Below are positions 106,025-119,285 of a DNA stretch of 124,000 nucleotides, piece after piece. Below the pieces are notes generated by a model. That model was not told where the DNA came from. It ran no database searches and worked only from the letters and a program-made list of their open reading frames with translations. Position numbers and translations under genes: made by a program. The stretch's first letter is position 1. Each line of letters starts with the position of its first letter. Origin of the DNA: Wallemia ichthyophaga EXF-994 (lineage: Eukaryota; Fungi; Basidiomycota); contig NW_008806285.1 of assembly GCF_000400465.1 (NCBI RefSeq), positions 144,001 to 268,000 on the forward strand, in the 5' to 3' direction.

Positions 106025-106633
106025 TTGTCTAGCTTTTTCATGCTTGTTATTTCCGCTGCATCCACGCTGAGCGGCTTATTTAAGGTGTCGTGGGTTTTCA
106101 AACGCTCTGTGAACAACATAGGGCTGTTCAGAATCTGTTACGATAAATTAGGCGTGCAAGAATGTCAGAGATTCCCTAATCAAGGCACTTGCGACGAACT
106201 TGGTGAAGCGTTCTGCACAGTGTGGTCCTCCGCAGGCTACACCATACAATTATCCTTTATATTTCTCGTCCCTTGTCTTTGTGCGATTACGCTCATCGCT
106301 TGTATCGGTCGCAAGGGCGGCAAGAAACGTCGTGAAGGGTGGAGATTGATGACATGCTTAATGGTTCTGTATTCCTCGCTTCAGCTCTTCACCGTCATAA
106401 CCGTGGCTGTCTTCAGCAAGACTAAGAATCTCGGCCACCTAGGCACTGGATTCTACATGACGCTCGTCGCTGTTTTACTTTCTTTCACGGCATGCTTCAT
106501 TCAGATCATAGCCGGATTCTCAGCTTCACGTAATTATGCATGGGCTAAAGAAGAGAAAGATTACTGGTTCACTGGACGCAGGTCAAGTAGTCTTACTGCA
106601 GATGAACACACGCCATTGATCAGCCACGGTTGA
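106025..106633 (+). CDS. Claudin/Sur7-PalI-like tetraspan membrane protein
   Basis: GLFRICY...CQRFP..GTC...FCTVWSSAGY plus further TM helices; 5' end unresolved. Confidence 0.6.
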   Translation: MSSFFMLVISAASTLSGLFKVSWVFKRSVNNIGLFRICYDKLGVQECQRFPNQGTCDELGEAFCTVWSSAGYTIQLSFIFLVPCLCAITLIACIGRKGGKKRREGWRLMTCLMVLYSSLQLFTVITVAVFSKTKNLGHLGTGFYMTLVAVLLSFTACFIQIIAGFSASRNYAWAKEEKDYWFTGRRSSSLTADEHTPLISHG

Positions 106634-106650
106634 GGCGTGTGGTGCTGTAA

Positions 106651-107392
106651 TTAGCTGTGAATGATTTCCCCTCTGTTGTTTTCGACTTTGCTAAAGTACT
106701 GGGGTGACAATGTGTTTTCTATTCCACTTGTGAGTATAACACCGTTCAAGGATTTGTACAGTTTGATGTCATCTGGGTGGGAGTGAGTTTAAGTGTACAT
106801 CGCAGCAAGCAACAAACCTCTAAGAACTTTGCCAACGTCAACGTATATGAAGACTGTCGAAGAATTACGCATTCCGCTCACAACTCCGGCCTCTTTGGGC
106901 ATACCAGCAGCCAGATGAATGTACTGCCTCCCCATTGTCTTGAGGCCACTGACCTTTATGCTACTCCAAGCATCATCGTTTGTGCCGTGTATCACGACAG
107001 GTGCCTCATCTGTGCTCAATATCTGAGATAACTCCAACTGTGTCGTGTCTAAGGAGTGGCCCTGAACGGCCCTTATAAACCAAACACCAGACTCTGACAC
107101 CAGCTGGTAACGCTTTTTGTCGTTGTTCAAGACTAGTTGCTGCAACAGCTCGAAATCCAGTCCGCGCAATTTAGGCCTGCTTAGCTGTAAAGACTAATTA
107201 GAACGGACGGCTGGATGCGCACCACCCACGCACCAAATCATCCACCCTGATAAAGCCATCATTTCTCATTTCCAGTCCCTCCTTGATGGCACCATGCCTC
107301 AGAATATACGACAGCGTTTTCGAGTAGCGCACTTCTGGGGAATCTGTGGGCCTGCCTCTAGCGTTCTTTGGTGGCTGCTTTGGGTCCATCAT
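106651..107392 (-). CDS. TPT1: tRNA 2'-phosphotransferase
   Basis: SKTLSYILRHGA, IRAVQGHS, IHGT, GRQYIHLA, NGVILT. Confidence 0.93.
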
Positions 107393-107471
107393 ATCATTTA
107401 ATTTTCTGAAGTTTTTACGTCGAGCCCCGCCTTCGCTTGCTTCTTCAAAGGTCTTTTAGGATATAATCAGG

Positions 107472-108135
107472 ATGAGCGTAAGATCTAAAATTTAAGCAGT
107501 AGGCGTAGTACTGAGAAATGCAATCAGTTAAGATTATTCAACCCACGCGTTATCAGCCGAGCTGCACTGCCGTAAGACGAGCCACAGCTGGCTTCTCTTT
107601 TCAATTAACCTCAGTTTTAGTTCAACAAGCCGCACTTTTATTCCTTCAATACGTAGACTGCAGGACTCTAGCAGCGATGCACCCGCCAACCCAAAGCTCG
107701 AGTCGATCGTCGATCAAATAGCATCACTTAACTTGGTTGAAGCTGCTGATTTGGCTCAATTGTTGAAGGTACATGGCTGTGCCTACAATTTTACGCCTAC
107801 TAACACCCAAGCAGACCAAATTGAACATCCAAGACGTCGCCATGCCTGCTGTTGCCGCTGCACCTGCTGCCTCTGCCGACGCCGCTGCTGAGGCCGAAGA
107901 GGACAAGCCAAAGGAGAAGACTATATTCTCAGTCAAGCTGGAATCTATTGATCAGACCGCTAAAGCAAAGGTTATCAAGGAAGTCAAGGCTTTGAATCCA
108001 ACCATGAACTTGGTCGAGGCAAAGAAGTTCGTTGAAAGCGCACCACAAGTTCTTAAGGAGGGTTTGACAAAGGAGGATGCTGAGAAGCTTCAAAAGGCAC
108101 TTGAAGCCGCAGGTGCAAAGATTGTCCTTGAGTAG
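107472..108135 (+). CDS. MNP1: Mitochondrial ribosomal protein bL12m
   Basis: IASLNLVEAADL, KAKVIKEVK, NLVEAKKFVESAP. Confidence 0.92.
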
Positions 108136-108185
108136 ACAATAAGTAGACAATGTATAAATTTCATTTCCTTCTTACTATTACTACA

Positions 108186-110003
108186 TTACTTCTCTTTAGC
108201 CACCTCTCTCACGCTCTCTTTGAATATTTTACATCCCAGCTCCATTTCGTCCTTTGTGATGGTCAGTGGTGGGATGAATCTGATAACATCAAATGCAGAT
108301 GTCGTGAGCAGCATCAGTCCCTTTTCCAAGCACCTCTTCTGCACTCTGCCGCCGACGTTGTTTGGTGTCGCATTGCTTATGCTAGCATTTGGGATTGGAT
108401 GCTTTGATGAGCTGACAAACTCGACGCCGATCATCAAACCCAATCCACGGACTTTTTAGGTATTTAAATAAGCGCGTTGAGTGAGAATCTTACTCACCAT
108501 CAGCAAACAAGTGCTTTGTCTCACTATCAGTCTGCAGTTCCTTCAAAGCAGCCAGCAACTCAGCTGAACGAGCCTTCACGTTGTCGAGTATCTTCTCTTC
108601 TCTCATGATGTTAGCACACTCAACTCCAGCTGCACATGAGATGGCGTTTCCTGAGTATGTTCCACCCAATGAACCCTGTAGCGTGTGTCAGAGTCAGCCT
108701 ATTGCACTGATTCGATGAGACACACCTTTGGCATTTTGTCGGTAAGCTCCTTGCGAGTCACAACGCCTGAGAGCGGGAAGCCGTTTGCAATTCCCTTGGC
108801 TATGACGAGGATATCTGGACGGACACCGGAGTACTCTGAGGCAAAGTATTTACCAGTACGACCGAAACCACTCTGCACTTCGTCACTGATAGTATTGTGA
108901 GCATACTTTTACTGTGTACTGCGAATACGCACATGATAAGCATGATATTGTTATCGTCGCAAATTTGACGCAGACCATGGAGATATGAAGAAGGAGCTGG
109001 GACGTAGCCTCTGTAAAGCATTATAATGAGCTTGTGTTGTGATGTAACTCTCGAAAACTCACCCCTCTCCAATGACCGGCTCGAGAATAATAGCAGCGGT
109101 ATCAGCAGGCGCGCTCTGCTGGGCAAGGAGCATCTCGAGCTGGAATAGACATTGCTTGACAAGTTCGTCTTCGGGTGTGGATTGTGGGAGACCCATTTGG
109201 TGTGCGTAAGGGAATGGTGTTGCGAAAATACCAGGCTGCGTGGTCTCAGTGAGGTACATCTCGTGTTAGACGACGCAAACTCACCATGCCGTGGCCAACT
109301 TGCTCTGCATAGATGGTCTTGGACTTGGTAAGTGCGGATGCACCGTACGTACGTCTGTCGAGTGTTAGATAAGTAACCAGCTGCATTCGACCAACACACC
109401 CGTGATAAGATCCTTGCATACAGATAATGTTGCCGTGCGTCTTTCCAGACGACTTTCTTGCGATCTTGACTGCATTTTCTACAGCTTCACTGCCAGAGTT
109501 GAGCTTGAGAAATATGAGCTCATTGAAGAGATAAGAAGCGGCGACTAACGAAGAAGAATGAGTCGAGCGAAGGATGTGGCATGACTGGGAGTAATTTCTC
109601 AATGAGCTGTACACTAGCGCAGCGTTAGAGGTGAAGCTGTTGCCGTCAGTACCGGCAAACCCACTATGGACGGTGGAATCCAATGCTGCACTGGCCGTGT
109701 ACGAGCGTGGCTACCTGCTCTTGTGCAGCCTTGGTGACACGTGGGTGGCAGTGGCCGAGGTTCGTCACGCCTGATATCACATTAAGTGGGCGAACGATAA
109801 GATAAGACAGACGCACCAATACCACAGGTAAAGTCGAGATACTTGGTCTCATTCTGGGCCACATCGTCAGCGCCACTATACCATTTATGCCGCTAACATA
109901 CAGTGTGAAGCCAGCTGCCTTCTCCCTTCTCAATCATATGGTCTTTAATACGGCCACAGCCGCTGGCAACATGCTTTTGTCCAGTTTTAATCAAATCAGT
110001 CAT
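108186..110003 (-). CDS. Class III aminotransferase (4-aminobutyrate aminotransferase-like)
   Basis: [52 protein letters not shown]. Confidence 0.9.
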
Positions 110004-110449
110004 CGTTTCTGTTCAACACTCAAATCCTTGCGTGGTTCTTATTGCCTTCTAAGCGAGCAAATTAAGCGATGAGCCTGATTTACTAGCTTAGCGATACATC
110101 TTACCGATAAATTTACCGATAGGGCAGTAGTGATGATGTTAAATATCCGCTGGAACTATTCACGTGTACAAGAGCCGCGAGTGACTGTTTGTTGTGGTAA
110201 CCGGAGAAGCCATCCTCCTTCTTTTCTTATGTTGCATAGTAAATCTTACAGATGCTTATTAGAGTTTATATACCTTCCCTATCACTCCTCCCAATCTTCC
110301 TGATTTGAGCTTGCGTCAAAAATTGCGTCGGTCAAGACTTGGCTTCAGCGAGATGGCGTCGACCAAGTGATGCACGACTATGATCTTATTATTTATATTG
110401 TACTCTTAACATTTAAATACATTCGTTAGCTTTTATTTTACAACCAAGT

Positions 110450-113400
110450 TTATATATGATGTTTGTTGCTCGAGCGTATACTCTGTCCTAGCTTGCTGTC
110501 TTTGAAGTTCCATTCTTTGTCTATCTTCAGAAAGTCATCTTCAAGCAACTGTGATGCTGTTGGCCGCTCGCGCGGTTCAGCCTTGAAGCACGTGTCCTTG
110601 AATCTCACAGCGCTCTCACTCATCTTGATGCTCTCTTTAACTGGGGGTGCTGATCGTTTTTGTCCAACCTAAAAGGGTTAAACGAGTACTGAATGTCATG
110701 TTCAACTCACCTCCATCACTATCTGCACCATCGTCATCTTGGGCCATGGTCTTTCAGCCGTAAACATTTCCAGGAAAACACATCCCAAACTCCATATGTC
110801 GCACTTAGCTGAGTACCCAGTCATTCCAACTGAGTCTATTACTTCAGGCTGCACTGACATTAGCATTACGCTCGGATAATTATCACTTATCACTCACAGC
110901 CATCCAGTAGAAGGTCCCCTTCATGTTAGTGGCTCCGGCATTTGTACCATACGCATCAGAATCTGTTTATTTGTCAATCCTGCAATACACTACACTCGCC
111001 ACTCACCAGCAGCTTTAGAAACACCAAAGTCGGAAATTTTGCAGTTGCCCTCGAAATCGACGAGCAAATTATCCGCTTTGAGATCCCTGTGCCACACACC
111101 GCTATCATGAAGGTAAACTAGACCGTCCAACACCTGCTTCATGAAGAATCTAACCAAATTTTCTTCAAACGGACCGTGTCTCCTAAGACAGCGCATAACA
111201 GAGCCACCAGGAACATATTCAAGGAAGCTGTGCGAGGGGAGTTGGTTATAATAAAGCATTTCAACTACATTTACTCACATTGAAAAGTACTTTTCCGTTC
111301 TCTCGAAGCCTAAATAACTGACGATTCGATCATGATCGAGATCCTTGAGCAACTCAATCTCATACTTAATACTATCAACTAATTTGTTATCACCATCGTT
111401 TTCTTCTTCAGAATGAGCAGTCAAAGCAACCTGCTTTACAGCTAGCGGTTCACCAGTGTTGGCGTTGAGTGCCAGATACACATGACCGAACGATCCTTTC
111501 CCGATAAGGTCACCTTTGACCCACTTTATCGTAGATGGCTCATCTGTTACCGGTGAGAGGATATGATATTCTTTTTCCCTTTCATTCGGCTGGACCTGCA
111601 CAACTTTATTACCCCAGAACACCGTCGAGCGACGCCTCAACCCGTTCTTATCGTCTGCACTGTGTGCCTTTCTAATTGGAATGTTCTGATCTGGATTTGC
111701 TAAGTTTTCCTCTGAACTTAGCATCTTCTGCTCTTTCTGCTCTAAAGTTGGTTGCTCCAATTGGCTCTGATCTGTCTCATCTTCTCTTTGCCTGTATTTG
111801 GCGTTGGCATCTTGGAGATCTTTCATGGTATCTTCTCTCGCAATCTCAGCTGGTTCTTCATAGATAACTGATGAACGGTCGTTCGATTGATAGGAAGCGT
111901 CATCACCGACCCTGAACGACCTCGCTCTGTCCAATGCTTTGCGATGATCTTGAGCTACGTGTCTAATAGTTCTCGTCCTACGCATTCTCGAAGGAAGAGC
112001 TGTATGGCTAACGTTCTTGGGTATTTCTTTCTCCTTGACATTCTCGTTTTTCTCGTTATTTTGATTATTCTCACGCTTAGTGTTGTTTTTCTCATTTGTT
112101 GGTGAAAATTGCATCCTTGACTCCAATGTAGCACTTTCATCACCATTGTTCGACACTATAGGTCTGTCTAGATCATGTCCAGGGAAATACAGCTCCAAAT
112201 TATCAATCAAATCTTCCGGATTAGGTCTGAACAGAGCATTCTCATTTCGTTTGTCCCGAATACTTGAACCTCTATTCAATCTCCTTCTGTTCAGCAAGTG
112301 AGGTGATATTTTATTCGAACGCAATTGAGTTTGGGCAGGTGAACCTGAATCAGAAGCTGAAGTTGCAGTCGCTGTTGTAGTCTGCGGTTCGGAAGTAATT
112401 GTATTATTTTCTGGTATAATTAATTGTAATTTTCTTTTGTCTTGCTTTGAGGCATGAGTATCAGATCCACTAAGATACTCCGTGGTCGATTTAGGAGGCC
112501 TTTGCCAAGTAGCCACTCCTTCATCATCACTGTAGCTCTCTTCATTTTTATCATCTTTAATTGTTTCCGATGACAATGACTTTTGCGGCTGCTCATCTAC
112601 TATACTCCCTCTGCCAGGTATGATGGTTGCCATTTCTGGCGAAGTTGGTGTGACATTATGCCATGATTTCGTTGCAGTGTTTTGCTGATCCGCAGGCTTA
112701 ATCTTCCAGCCAAACTCATCGTCGTCATCATCAGTTGCTGATGAATAGTCCTCACCTGATGCCATCATACCATTGTCTGACTCAGCGCCATCAGGCTGTC
112801 TAGCGTGCGTGTTCGTTCCATCATCCAGTAAAAACTCCTGATCATCTTCAGCCGTAAACCTATCCTGACTATTCAAATCTGACGCTGGAGTCAACGGATC
112901 AACACTCGCTGTAGAAGACCTATTGGAAGATGAAGTGTGCTCATCAGGTATACTAGATACAGAGCTGTGCTGGTTGTGTTGGTGTGGTCTAGTATGCGAT
113001 GAGTTAGTTACAGACTGCGGCGAGATTGCATCGTTGGTTGGAATGTTCCCGTTCGCAGAAGGTGAAAAAAGTAATGTAGATTCCTCGCGTCCAAATCTAT
113101 CAATTGTAAAATCGTCATACTTGGCGTAAAAACCTTGATTTCCAGGTTTTGGCGTCGGCATGTTAGAAGGTTGTGGCATGCCGTCACTGGATACTGGCGT
113201 TACAAGTGTTGAGCGCGATTGCTGGTCTGAGGTTGGGCTTTGGTGCTTCGATGGAAGACTGCTGGTGCTCCACCCCGGTGATGCCAGTCTAGCTGAGTTT
113301 GGTGGGGATGCGTATGGTGGGGATGCGTATGGTGGGGATACGTATGGCTGTTGAGGGGGTGCGTTGTTCCTATACTGCTGCTGGTCGATTTGCTGATTCA

Positions 113401-114873
113401 TTCGGTACATCCAATTGAGCTCCTCTTCAGAATAAGGCCTTGAAGGTGGTTTGGCGGTACTAGATGAGGGTGACGTTGGCATCACATAGGGAGAGTCGGG
113501 GGGAGGTGGATGCGAAGGGTGGTTGACTAGGGTCTGCTGGTGCACTGGAAATGGGCTAGGTTGCACCTGACGAGAAGGTATCTTAATATTCGACTGAGAA
113601 TAAGTTTTTGGAGGCAGCGGTTTCATTTGAGTACCTGGCGATGTCACTTGTGGCTGAGGTGGAGCGTATACTTGTGCACCACCTTGCCTATGTTTGACAT
113701 AATTCGCTGGTATATTTGGTGGTACGGCAGGATAAACCGCAGGATTGTCCGAGTGATGGTAGCCGTCATACATATTAGAAATACTCCTTGCGCCTTGCAA
113801 TGGTTTTCGGTTGTGAGTAGTTGGTGGCACGCCAAGACTAGGAACTGGCATTTGCAACTGACGCTGAGTGGGATATGGGTGGTTATAGGGTTGTTGAGTT
113901 GATGGAGGTGGTCTTGAGCTCCACGAAGGCGAAGCCATTGCTGGGTATGGTGAATGTCGGGTTGATTTTTGTAAGCTTCTGTGATCTGCGGTATACGAAG
114001 ACAACGGTTTCCTATCAGTGTGCTGTTGCTGCTGTTGCACTCTCTCACGCTCCCTTAGAAGTAACAATCTTTCACGTTCCCTGTTTCTCCTGCGAACCAG
114101 GTCCACTTCGGAGCGAGGCATTTCACTACCGGCGACCTGTTCCGCCCATTGTCGCTGCTGACGCTCTATCTGTCTATTTTGCACCTCGCGTGCACGCTCG
114201 TCCTCAATCCGTAGATCCTCCTGTAGCTTCTGTGCTAACTCATGATCGCGCTGCTCTTGCTCGAATTTCGACATAAGGACATGCTGCTCTTGTTCTACAG
114301 ATGAGGAGGACATCGGTACACCGAAATTGTCAAGTCTAGTTCCAGTGCTGACGCTGCGTGAAGGCGCTGTGCCTCGGCTGCTCGGTCTTGGCTGTCTGCC
114401 AGGTCTCAAACTGAGCGGCAAGTTGAAATCAGTGTTGGTAACAGCTTGTGGACGCTCTACCTTGACTAGAATATGCGCGAGTACGTTTTGGGTTGAGTTC
114501 CTGGACGTCTGAGTGTTCAAAATTGCGTCCAATTCGCGATTGGAGATGGCTTTGGGAGAGGTCTGGCGAAGGAATAGATCTGTGAGGTAGAAATTGCAAT
114601 ATGGGTAGTCGTCTTCGTAGATAGGCAGCTGCGCTTTGAGATTAGCGCTAGTTGAACGTACACAGCGAGACTCACACAAGTAAGCACTGAGACTCTAGCT
114701 CTGTTGTAGCTGAACACGTTGCTGACGTCTACTGGATTCCAGCTGCCACCAACGATAGATACCATCAGGATTCTGATCTCTGCGGGATTGTCGAGTGACG
114801 CCTTGTGCTTGTGGTAGCTCATTTGCTTGTGGTGATTCGCGCTTTCGTCACTGTTTACTCTGAAATGTTTCAT
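110450..114873 (-). CDS. BCK1: Cell-wall-integrity MAPKKK (Bck1/Mkh1-like)
   Basis: WVKGDLIGKGSFGHVYLALN, HRDLKADN, GYSAKCDIWSLGC; long regulatory N-terminus. Confidence 0.88.
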
Positions 114874-114949
114874 CTATTCCCACTATCTCAGCATCAACGT
114901 CGTCTGCAAGAGATAGGCTGAGCACACAAAATAAATTTTATAAGCAAAA

Positions 114950-116143
114950 CTAATTATCTCTATTCCTGGCAGCTACGAATCTCTTAAGTACAACCTCCTT
115001 CACTCTATACTCGGCCAGCAGTTTAGCCGGGTCATCGAGGTTGCGAACCTTTTCTTGGGATGGTATTTGCACGTACGCGAGAATTAAAGTCTTTTTAGCT
115101 TGTCCATTCACCCTATTTATGGTGTTGAGCCACTGCCAGCTGAGCTTGTCCGAATTGTGCAGGTCAAATGGACTCGACTCTTTGTCTCGTTGATCCTCGT
115201 ATGTTGGACAAATGACGACAGCAAATTCTGCGTGGTGGAAGACTGGGCCACGCTTATAGAGCACAATGTCTACGCAGAACTTGATACCACTCTTTATCAC
115301 CCATCCTAGCGATCTGTAGTAGTGATAGATGGCATAATTGACTAGGAATGGGTTATCGAGGCGCTGCAGGCAAGTGTCTCTTGAATCCGGAGCGTTTTGA
115401 AGGAACATTGAAGCTAGTCTGCACTCCTTCCAGAGCTGATTGATGGGTATCACCGCGTCCGTGTATGGATCCACAATCTTCAGACAGCCAATCCCCCAAG
115501 CCAAGAAAAAGGCCTCTGGAAGAGTGAGTTGGAGATGCTCAGCATTGGACAAATCTTGTTGTTCTTCTTGTGTATCAGGCTCTAGAGGTTCCCACTTCGG
115601 TGGACTAGACGGCTCAATCGGATTAGAGCTTTTTTCATTTAAAGGCAGGTTATCGTTGTCATCTGCAGGCATTGGTGGAGACAGTTTTATACTATCAGAG
115701 CCCTCCAAAGCAGCCTCAGCGGCCAACTGAGCTTCAGATAAGACCTTTGCTCTTTCAATCTTCATTTTGTTCCTCTCTATACGTCTCTTGGAGGTAATTT
115801 CTTCAGCAGTTGGCTGTGGTTTGTCACCAACGGCCAATTTACGCTGACGGTCATTCCAAGTTGGCTCAGAGCGGCTAAGTGAACCTTTGCCAAAGAATCC
115901 TCTAGTCCAGAGCACTCTGACGTCTCTCTCGTTGATAACCCACACGGATTGGGTTTGCTTGATGTACACGCCCACGCATTGCGGATTAATTAGCGATTTC
116001 TGTCCAAATCTACTCAAACCGGCCAAGAAAGTCGACGGCCTCTGATCGATGAGAACTGGGAGTGGATTGGCGTATATTCTATTCTGATGCTGTTTTATTC
116101 TTTTATGCGCTGTATTGTTTCTTGGTGGTGGATTTGCAGCCAT
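114950..116143 (-). CDS. SEN2: tRNA-splicing endonuclease subunit Sen2
   Basis: GFFGKGSLSRSEP, EHLQLTLPEAFFL, KSGIKFCVDIVLYKRGPVFHHAEF. Confidence 0.93.
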   Translation of the reverse strand: MAANPPPRNNTAHKRIKQHQNRIYANPLPVLIDQRPSTFLAGLSRFGQKSLINPQCVGVYIKQTQSVWVINERDVRVLWTRGFFGKGSLSRSEPTWNDRQRKLAVGDKPQPTAEEITSKRRIERNKMKIERAKVLSEAQLAAEAALEGSDSIKLSPPMPADDNDNLPLNEKSSNPIEPSSPPKWEPLEPDTQEEQQDLSNAEHLQLTLPEAFFLAWGIGCLKIVDPYTDAVIPINQLWKECRLASMFLQNAPDSRDTCLQRLDNPFLVNYAIYHYYRSLGWVIKSGIKFCVDIVLYKRGPVFHHAEFAVVICPTYEDQRDKESSPFDLHNSDKLSWQWLNTINRVNGQAKKTLILAYVQIPSQEKVRNLDDPAKLLAEYRVKEVVLKRFVAARNRDN

Positions 116144-116196
116144 TGTGATGGCGTCGTGGCTGTTTGGGTAGAAGCGATCGTTAAGAGTTATCAACC

Positions 116197-117099
116197 ATGT
116201 CTTCTCTGTGTGAGTCTATGCTACCAGCGTACATCACAAGCATTTCTAATTCCTGGTACAGCTTCAGCGCCACCAAAATTACTAGCGCTGTACATAACAG
116301 TACCAATTGTTAGTTGTACCTTGGGTGATGATCTGATGATCTGCGCGAAATACTGACGCTACCACAAAGCTCGCATTCGGTATGGGATATTTGCTAGGCA
116401 GACCAAGTGGATCACAGCTGCGCACAACTACCGATTCGGAGGAAGAAGACAGTGACGATGAACCTCAGGAGGGGCTTGGATCGGTGAAGCCGAGTATTTT
116501 AGAGCCATGCAAGATGGTCAGTGGTGTTTTTATTATCGTTACTCCCTTTAACGTGATAATGCGACACAAAAGGTTTTAGTCGTTAGAACTGATTTAGGTA
116601 TGACCAAAGGCAAAATAGCAGCGCAATGCAGGTGAGATCGGATTATGAAGCTCGTTATATGCTTACATATCCAGCCACGCCACTTTGGCTTGCTACAAGG
116701 CACTCCAGCAGTCAAATCCAGCCGTAAGTGTGTTCTGAGGCGGCTGCAACGACCTGACAATCTAAAGCTGCTTCGTCACTGGGAGCGTACTGGGTGAGTT
116801 TGGAATATCTCTTGGCACTCCCAACTTGCTTAGATGACGATACAGCCAAGCAAAGATAACAGTACAAGCAAAGTCAGAAGAGGAGCTTATGATACTGCAA
116901 GCACAAGCACAGTCTGTGAATGTATGTGCAAAGACCATTCAGGATGCGTGAGTGCTTTGTTTATCGCGGTGATTGGTGGCTCACTAAGCACCACAGTGGG
117001 CGCACACAGATAGAAGCCGGATCAACTACAGTGCTAGGCGTTGGACCAGCACCTGTAGATCTTGTCAACGTGGTGACTTCCGAGCAGAAGCTGTTGTAG
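116197..117099 (+). CDS. PTH2: Peptidyl-tRNA hydrolase 2
   Basis: VVRTDLGMTKGKIAAQC, HATLACYK, AGRTQIEAGSTTVLGVGP. Confidence 0.92.
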
Positions 117100-117236
117100 A
117101 ATGACCAAATGTGTTTTGTAAATCTTCCAAAGGAAAAGAAAGCAGCCAACAAATGCCAAGGATCAAATGGATGAAACTGAGTTTACAATCATGTACGTAA
117201 GTTGAGTAGATCGAAACCTGAGAAACGACGCTAAGT

Positions 117237-117622
117237 TTAATCAGCGTGAACATCACGGAGACGACGGATGGTGCTGTGAAAATGGTTAGCATATCATTGG
117301 AATCACTTAAGATCACTCCACCCACCTACGGACAGTGGTTGCTGCTGGAGTAGCCAAAGCATAGGCACCACCTGCAATAACCTTACGACAGGCCTTACAG
117401 TTCCAGATACCGGTAGCGGTACGCTTTACTGAATCTTTACCACAGAAGGTGCATGTGTAACGTGCGTGCTGTGAGATTTCCATCTTTTTTACTTGCTTAC
117501 GCAAGGAAGCACCATAGCGGACACCGTATTTTCCTGTGACACCGACCTTACGAGTACCTGTGGGCGTATACGATTTGAGTGGTTGCACTTAATTTAAATA
117601 TATTTCACTAACGCTTGACCAT
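117237..117622 (-). CDS. RPL43: 60S ribosomal protein eL43
   Basis: [32 protein letters not shown]. Confidence 0.98.
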
Positions 117623-118026
117623 TTTTGGAACCTGTGTGTACTTGAAAGACGAGTGCCCAATTCGAAATTTTACACTGAATGCGAGGATTTTTCGCAATAT
117701 AAAATTACCAAGAAAGTGCTGAAAAGGGAGCATCAAGGGGTTTTTAGGGGCGCTTGAGGTGCTTGGGATGGTCTACAGTCCACTCCAGCTGTCTTCTCTG
117801 TTGAAGTTTGTGACGTTGATTGAAGATTTGAACCTAGGCTAGAGCGCAGAAGGACAACTATATTGTGATATACGCGTCATGCTCCTTACTACACACATTC
117901 CCTTTGACTCCCTTGAAATTAAAAATTTTAGACAGATTTTAGCGGATTCTCGCATCTTGTCCTTCACGCTTAACGTCGACGAGATTTAAACCGCTTTACT
118001 TCAATAAAAGTAACTGCAATCTCACA

Positions 118027-119141
118027 ATGGGTGCCAACAAGATCGAGAAAGAGAACTACTTCAACCGTCTCCAAGAGCTCATTGAGACGTACCCATCCAT
118101 CTTCATTGTCAACATCGACAACGTGTCTTCCAACCAAATGCACCAGATCCGTCAAGCCCTCCGTGGCAAGGGTCAAGTGCTTATGGGTAAGAACACCATG
118201 GTCCGTAGAGCCTTGAAGATTTTCATCCAATCAAACCCACAATACGAGCGTCTTTTGACACACGTTAAGGGTAACATTGGTTACGTCTTCACCTCTGGCG
118301 ACTTAAAGGACATCAGGGACATCATTGTCGCCAACAAGGTCAGAGCCCCAGCCAGAGCTGGTCTCTACTCACCAGAAGATGTCTACATTCCTGCTGGTAA
118401 CACTGGTATGGAGCCAGGTAAGACTTCTTTCTTCCAAGCTCTCGGTGTCCCAACCAAGATTGCCCGTGGTACCATTGAAATCATCAGTGACATCAGAGTT
118501 GTTGAGAACAACACCCGTGTCGGTGCTTCTGAGGCTACTTTGCTCAACATGCTCAACATCTCTCCATTCACCTTCGGTATGACATGTGTGCAAGTTTACG
118601 ACAACGGTCAAATCTTCTCACCAACTGTTCTCGATGTCACTGAGGAGACTCTCATCGGCAGATTAATGACCGCTGGTAACCAAATCGCTGCCATCTCATT
118701 GGCCATCAACTACCCAACCTTGCCAGCAGCTATGCACTCGTTCATCAACTCATTCAAGAACATCATGGCTGTTTCTGTTGCAACTGACTACACTGTCAGC
118801 TACACTGAAAAGGTGAGTCTATTAAGCGCTCTATTCTTATGGCGGTCAGTTCTACGTGATGATTTCTTACTTATGTCAACACTGAAAATTCTTACACTGA
118901 AAAGTGGTGGTGAAAAACCAAGACGGGTCGCTGACTAGAACCCCGCCATGAGGAAGCGCGTGTGCTCATGCACTAACGCTAACACGATACACAGGTCAAG
119001 GACATGATCGCCAACCCAGATGCGTACGCTGCTGCTGCCCCAGCTGCTGCCACTGGTGGTGAAGCTGCCCCAGCTGCTGAGGAGAAGAAGGAGGAGGAAG
119101 AGGAAGAGGATGAAGACATGGGTCTCGGTCTCTTTGACTAA
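118027..119141 (+). CDS. RPP0: 60S acidic ribosomal protein P0
   Basis: [26 protein letters not shown]-terminal [13 protein letters not shown]. Confidence 0.98.
118850..118940 (+). ncRNA. Intronic box C/D snoRNA in RPP0
   Basis: C box gtgatga 118856-62, D box ctga 118931-34, flanking stems atggcgg/ccgccat and gttcta/tagaac, guide caagacgggtcg complementary to LSU CGACCCGUCUUG. Confidence 0.88.
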
Positions 119142-119285
119142 ACTGTTTGAAGAGCGTTTATTGTACTATGAATGTTTTGCTGCAGTAATGAAAAGTGTGC
119201 CCGGTTTTTTTTGTGTGTCCTAAACGTTGTATTTGTTAACAATCGAATCTCCACATTGTGCTGCCCTTGCTCACTATCAATCAGG

